Assembly: GCA_965116885.1 (NCBI GenBank)
Contig: OZ220741.1
Coordinates: forward strand, 192,001 to 256,000
Reading direction: 5' to 3'
Length of the DNA: 64,000 nucleotides
DNA from: Candidatus Latescibacterota bacterium
Lineage (GTDB): Bacteria; Latescibacterota; UBA2968
The position numbers were made by a program, and so were the translations under genes. This document shows positions 60,558 to 64,000 of the stretch, in pieces (the first letter of the stretch is position 1; the number at the start of each line of letters is the position of its first letter). The notes beneath the pieces were generated by a model that was not told the origin of the DNA, did no database searches, and was given only the letters and a program-made list of their open reading frames with translations.

Positions 60558-61145
60558 TTAATTGGGTGATTGCTGCGAGTTCTGAATCCAGCGATTCAAT
60601 TCACGCAATTGGGTGAGGGTTGCCTGGACAGAATAGGTCGCACCTGAGATACCGTCAATATCTTTGGCTTCCCACTCAGAACCCCCGAGTCCCTGGCCTT
60701 TAAATTGCGATAAAAAGACTCTGGGATCATAAGTTCCGACCTCCAATTCCCAGGGTGAAAGGGGAAGAATCCCTAAAATTTTATTTGTATTGGGGTCAAA
60801 CAAAACGCCTAACAAAAGATCTCTACAGGTCGTACAGCTAATATCGTGACGCACGGCTGCCAAATAGCTCTGTTCTTGTTCGTTGTTATGGATAGAATAA
60901 ACAGCAAGTACACCAGAACGCGGTTCTGGCCGGGTGACAAAGACCTCTTGCATCTTGATGTCTTTATAGGCGACATTGAAGGCTTCAAGACGTGACGCAA
61001 TATCTTGTTTTGACGGGACCTCTGGTAGTCCAGCAACCGGCATAGCGCGTTTTTGATATAACATCAGCAAGCCAACAGCCAACAACAGCAGAATACCAAG
61101 TAACGCACCGAATAGTATTGGGATTCGATTTTCAGTTTTTATCAT
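60558..61145 (-). CDS. Membrane-anchored FMN-binding domain protein
   Basis: FLSQFKG..IDGISGATYS flavinylation motif; an additional CTTC. Confidence 0.7.
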   Translation of the reverse strand: MIKTENRIPILFGALLGILLLLAVGLLMLYQKRAMPVAGLPEVPSKQDIASRLEAFNVAYKDIKMQEVFVTRPEPRSGVLAVYSIHNNEQEQSYLAAVRHDISCTTCRDLLLGVLFDPNTNKILGILPLSPWELEVGTYDPRVFLSQFKGQGLGGSEWEAKDIDGISGATYSVQATLTQLRELNRWIQNSQQSPN

Positions 61146-62376
61146 GGATCAAGTTGGAGTTTTGAGATTCGGATTTGTATTCATCTATAACTCGTCTGTA
61201 TATATCTCTCCAGATTTCTGTTTCCTTCTCGGGAGAAAATTGCTCTCGAATCTTGCGTCCGGCAGCCATTCCCAGTCTTTTTCTTAAATTGTGGTCGTCC
61301 GCGAGACACATCAATTTTTCGCACAAAATATCACTGCGCTGAGAAGGAAAAAGTATGCCGTCTTGCCCATCTTCGATGATTTCCAGAACACCGTCAACGG
61401 CGGATGAGATAATTGGCTTTTGACATGCCATAGCTTCCAAAACCGCATTTGGCGATCCTTCGTATAACGATGGCAATACGAATACATCTACCTGACGCAT
61501 CCATGCAAGAACTTCACTGTGCGGCACACGGCCTGTGATAGAAATATGGCGGATCAACTTGCGTTTCTTGAATTGTTGCAACCAAGTCTTCTTTAATTTA
61601 GGGTCCGCAAAATCACCTATGAGCAAAAGATGACTTTCGGGATATTGCCTGTGAAAGTCTTCGAATGCCTGAAGGAGAATTGAGAAACCGCTTTTTCCCG
61701 GTCTTATGATACCGGTTGTCCCGACGACCAATTTGCCTTTTTCTTTTTCGTTCTTCAGCTTTTTCACAAAAATTTGGCCGCGTAATCCACATCGCATTTT
61801 GACGAGTTCCTCAATATCCTCGTTGGAAAACAAATCCGGATCAAAAGCGTTTTTTATCACTCTCTTCTTGTATATCTGTGCAAAAGAAGAAGCCTTATCG
61901 AGGAGTGTCCCCGCGACTGAGGTGACAAAAGAGGCATTTGCCAATGTCCATTTTACTGCGCCAAATAATCCCCAATGATAGCGGTGCAATTCAATATCAC
62001 TGCCGCGGATACTGACAACAGATGGCACTCCCATATCTTTTGACAACAAAGTCGCAAGGTGTCCGGCTGGAAACACAAAGACGCCGTGAAAAAGGTCGAA
62101 TTTTTCTCGATCATGCAGTCTGGCGACATAATCTGCGATATTTCTCAATTGCGTTGGATCTCCAAAATGATTGCCTAAACCGGGACAGGTGCGATGAACT
62201 GTGACGCCATTTTCTACAATAGAAGAAAAGCTGTCTTCAGGCCCGTGTGGACCAGGGGCAATTACATGTATGTCTATCCCCGATGCTGCGAGGTTTCGAG
62301 TGATGCGATCAATCGCCGTGCCAACGCCGCCTTTGACTTCAGGCGGAAACTGAAATGTAATCACACAAATTTTCAT
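61132..62376 (-). CDS. Glycosyltransferase family 4
   Basis: FPP..GG, RGSD, FVLPSLYEGSPNAVLEAMA. Confidence 0.9.
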   Translation of the reverse strand: MKICVITFQFPPEVKGGVGTAIDRITRNLAASGIDIHVIAPGPHGPEDSFSSIVENGVTVHRTCPGLGNHFGDPTQLRNIADYVARLHDREKFDLFHGVFVFPAGHLATLLSKDMGVPSVVSIRGSDIELHRYHWGLFGAVKWTLANASFVTSVAGTLLDKASSFAQIYKKRVIKNAFDPDLFSNEDIEELVKMRCGLRGQIFVKKLKNEKEKGKLVVGTTGIIRPGKSGFSILLQAFEDFHRQYPESHLLLIGDFADPKLKKTWLQQFKKRKLIRHISITGRVPHSEVLAWMRQVDVFVLPSLYEGSPNAVLEAMACQKPIISSAVDGVLEIIEDGQDGILFPSQRSDILCEKLMCLADDHNLRKRLGMAAGRKIREQFSPEKETEIWRDIYRRVIDEYKSESQNSNLIHDKN

Positions 62377-63587
62377 TGGCTTTTCCGAAGACTCTCAGGA
62401 TTGAATTTTGCCCGAAACAGCTCTTCTCTACCATTCACTTTTCGTTTTAAGTAGAGATATCCTTCTTTGTCCGCTCCTATGAGCGTACCATCAATACCGA
62501 CATCTATTTCAACGAGATTCAAATTGTGATCGTAAATGTCGATATATATATCTGATCCTGGCAGTGAATAGCAATAAAAGACAAACTCATCTGTCACAGT
62601 GACCCCAATCCCTTTACCCGTGTTATGGACTTTAATTTCGATATTGTTACCCGATCTGTTTACGTTAGACCCGGATTCAAAACCCAATTCGGGTCTCTGG
62701 TGCTTGGTGACAACTTGCCCGTCTTGATAGGCAATGAGGTGATATGGTGTTTTGGCAGCAAAAACAACGCCATTTTTCCAGGTCTGGACCATTCCCCCAA
62801 CAGAAGGATTAGCCATCATAAGCACTTTATTCTGAGGCTCTTTATCTGGGTCTATAGTAATTGTCAATTGTCCATCGTCATTCTTTTGCAATGAATTTTT
62901 TATCTCTTTCTTAATGACGGATTTTTCTCCGCCATTCTTTTTATTTGAACTCCTTTTGACTTGGAACGACCCCATATCCTTTCTTTCAAATACGAATGTT
63001 CCTCCACTATTCTTTCCCTGTGACTTTTCTTTAAATGCCTCAAGTGCGGGTTTTTCTTCCCCATTTTTTCCATATTGATGCAGAACATATTCCCCCTTAG
63101 GACCAGCGATGTAAATCATATTATCGCTTGCAACCGCGATAGATGTCGGGTATGAAATATCTGTTTCATACCCACCTAAAGATTTGCCTGAAGCATCGAA
63201 TATCCAGACATGATTTGGTCCCGCAACATAGAGTTTATCGCTTTGATCGGTGCTAATCGCTCTGGGCGTCCATGGGGTACTCTCTTCATTAACACTCAGA
63301 TTGATTTCTTTGACGGTTTGTTTGGAAATGGAAAACACCTGTCCCTTTTTACTACATACATATATCCGACCAGTCGAATCAAAAGCGATATCTGAAATGC
63401 TCAAATCCGATCTGTTGGAGATATTAGCGAGATTGATTTGAGAGACTTCTGAAAATAGGTCATCTGAATCATCAGGATCAGAAGTGCAAGACAGAAATGC
63501 AGCAAAAACACTACAAAACAATAAAAGCAGACCACGATTTAAAGAATATTTTGAGGTCTGAGCGAAAAATTTTATTGAATTGATCAT
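62373..63587 (-). CDS. NHL / six-bladed beta-propeller lipoprotein
   Basis: Start ATG 63587 after AAGGAG; FLSC lipobox; DIAFDSTGRIYV, PRAISTD..LYV and PTSIAV..IYI repeats. Confidence 0.7.
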   Translation of the reverse strand: MINSIKFFAQTSKYSLNRGLLLLFCSVFAAFLSCTSDPDDSDDLFSEVSQINLANISNRSDLSISDIAFDSTGRIYVCSKKGQVFSISKQTVKEINLSVNEESTPWTPRAISTDQSDKLYVAGPNHVWIFDASGKSLGGYETDISYPTSIAVASDNMIYIAGPKGEYVLHQYGKNGEEKPALEAFKEKSQGKNSGGTFVFERKDMGSFQVKRSSNKKNGGEKSVIKKEIKNSLQKNDDGQLTITIDPDKEPQNKVLMMANPSVGGMVQTWKNGVVFAAKTPYHLIAYQDGQVVTKHQRPELGFESGSNVNRSGNNIEIKVHNTGKGIGVTVTDEFVFYCYSLPGSDIYIDIYDHNLNLVEIDVGIDGTLIGADKEGYLYLKRKVNGREELFRAKFNPESLRKSQ

Positions 63588-63632
63588 GTGGTTATGGCTC
63601 CTTTTTATTTGAGGTTGATAGACCGCCGACAA

Positions 63633-64000
63633 TCACTCGTGCCGAAGGGCATTGACAGGATGATCAGTTGCCGCGCGATAGGTTTGAATACTGACTGTAA
63701 CCGCCACCACAATGAGGGTTAGCACGCTACCCAATATCATGGGCAGAATCAAATCAATCCGATATGCAAAGACCTGTAGCCACGCACTTAAAGCGTAATA
63801 AGCGATAGGCCATGCAATCACATTTGCCAGAATGACCCACTTGATAAAATCTTTGGAGAGCAATACCATTAACTGGCTAACTGAAGCCCCCAGGACTTTG
63901 CGAATACCGATTTCACGATTTCGTTGTGTCATAAAAAGTGTGGTTAAACCAAAAGCACCAAGGGATGCCAAAAAGAGAGCGAATATAGCAGAGAAGCGGA
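63633..64000 (-). CDS. MacB/FtsX-type ABC permease, C-terminal part (truncated by the window end)
   Basis: QRNREIGIRKVLGAS, WLQVFAYRI, PVNALRHE. Confidence 0.88.
   Translation of the reverse strand, partial: RFSAIFALFLASLGAFGLTTLFMTQRNREIGIRKVLGASVSQLMVLLSKDFIKWVILANVIAWPIAYYALSAWLQVFAYRIDLILPMILGSVLTLIVVAVTVSIQTYRAATDHPVNALRHE

Noticed and set aside
1..64000. CRISPR array, tRNA or rRNA genes, autonomous transposases
   Set aside because: No regularly spaced repeat-spacer array, cloverleaf, rRNA signature or DDE/HUH transposase ORF was recognised by eye; the repeats found are dispersed or short-period tandem.

Overview
A 64 kb gene-dense bacterial window with about 48 credible CDSs, mostly on the minus strand. 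No tRNA, rRNA, CRISPR array or transposase was seen. A TonB receptor/PorV operon, a C-terminal dockerin-like EF-hand tail, and several sulfatases and SDRs suggest an FCB-superphylum organism such as Ca. Latescibacterota; this is inference only. Main observations: (1) two genes that the ORF track cuts at an in-frame TGA lying exactly at the catalytic Cys, so both are probable selenoproteins: a secreted UxxC redoxin-Ig-Ig-dockerin protein (33744..35054) and a tandem rhodanese with a YUQGGYRS loop (45262..46089); (2) a translationally coupled operon TPR - compact stand-alone YcaO - FGE-fold lipoprotein - octaheme/HEAT/TPR cytochrome - HAO-like octaheme cytochrome; (3) an OMP - TonB receptor - secreted cargo - PorV operon with no SusD, next to sugar catabolism genes; (4) an aquaglyceroporin followed by an internally deleted arsC; (5) a DddD-like double CoA-transferase; (6) several families of non-autonomous repeats and MITEs, some inside coding sequence, including a highly structured 276 bp TIR/TSD element; (7) an AT-richer island at the right end (GT4, epimerase, thioredoxin-like protein, beta-propeller, ABC permease). 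All product calls come from motif recognition by eye; no searches were run.
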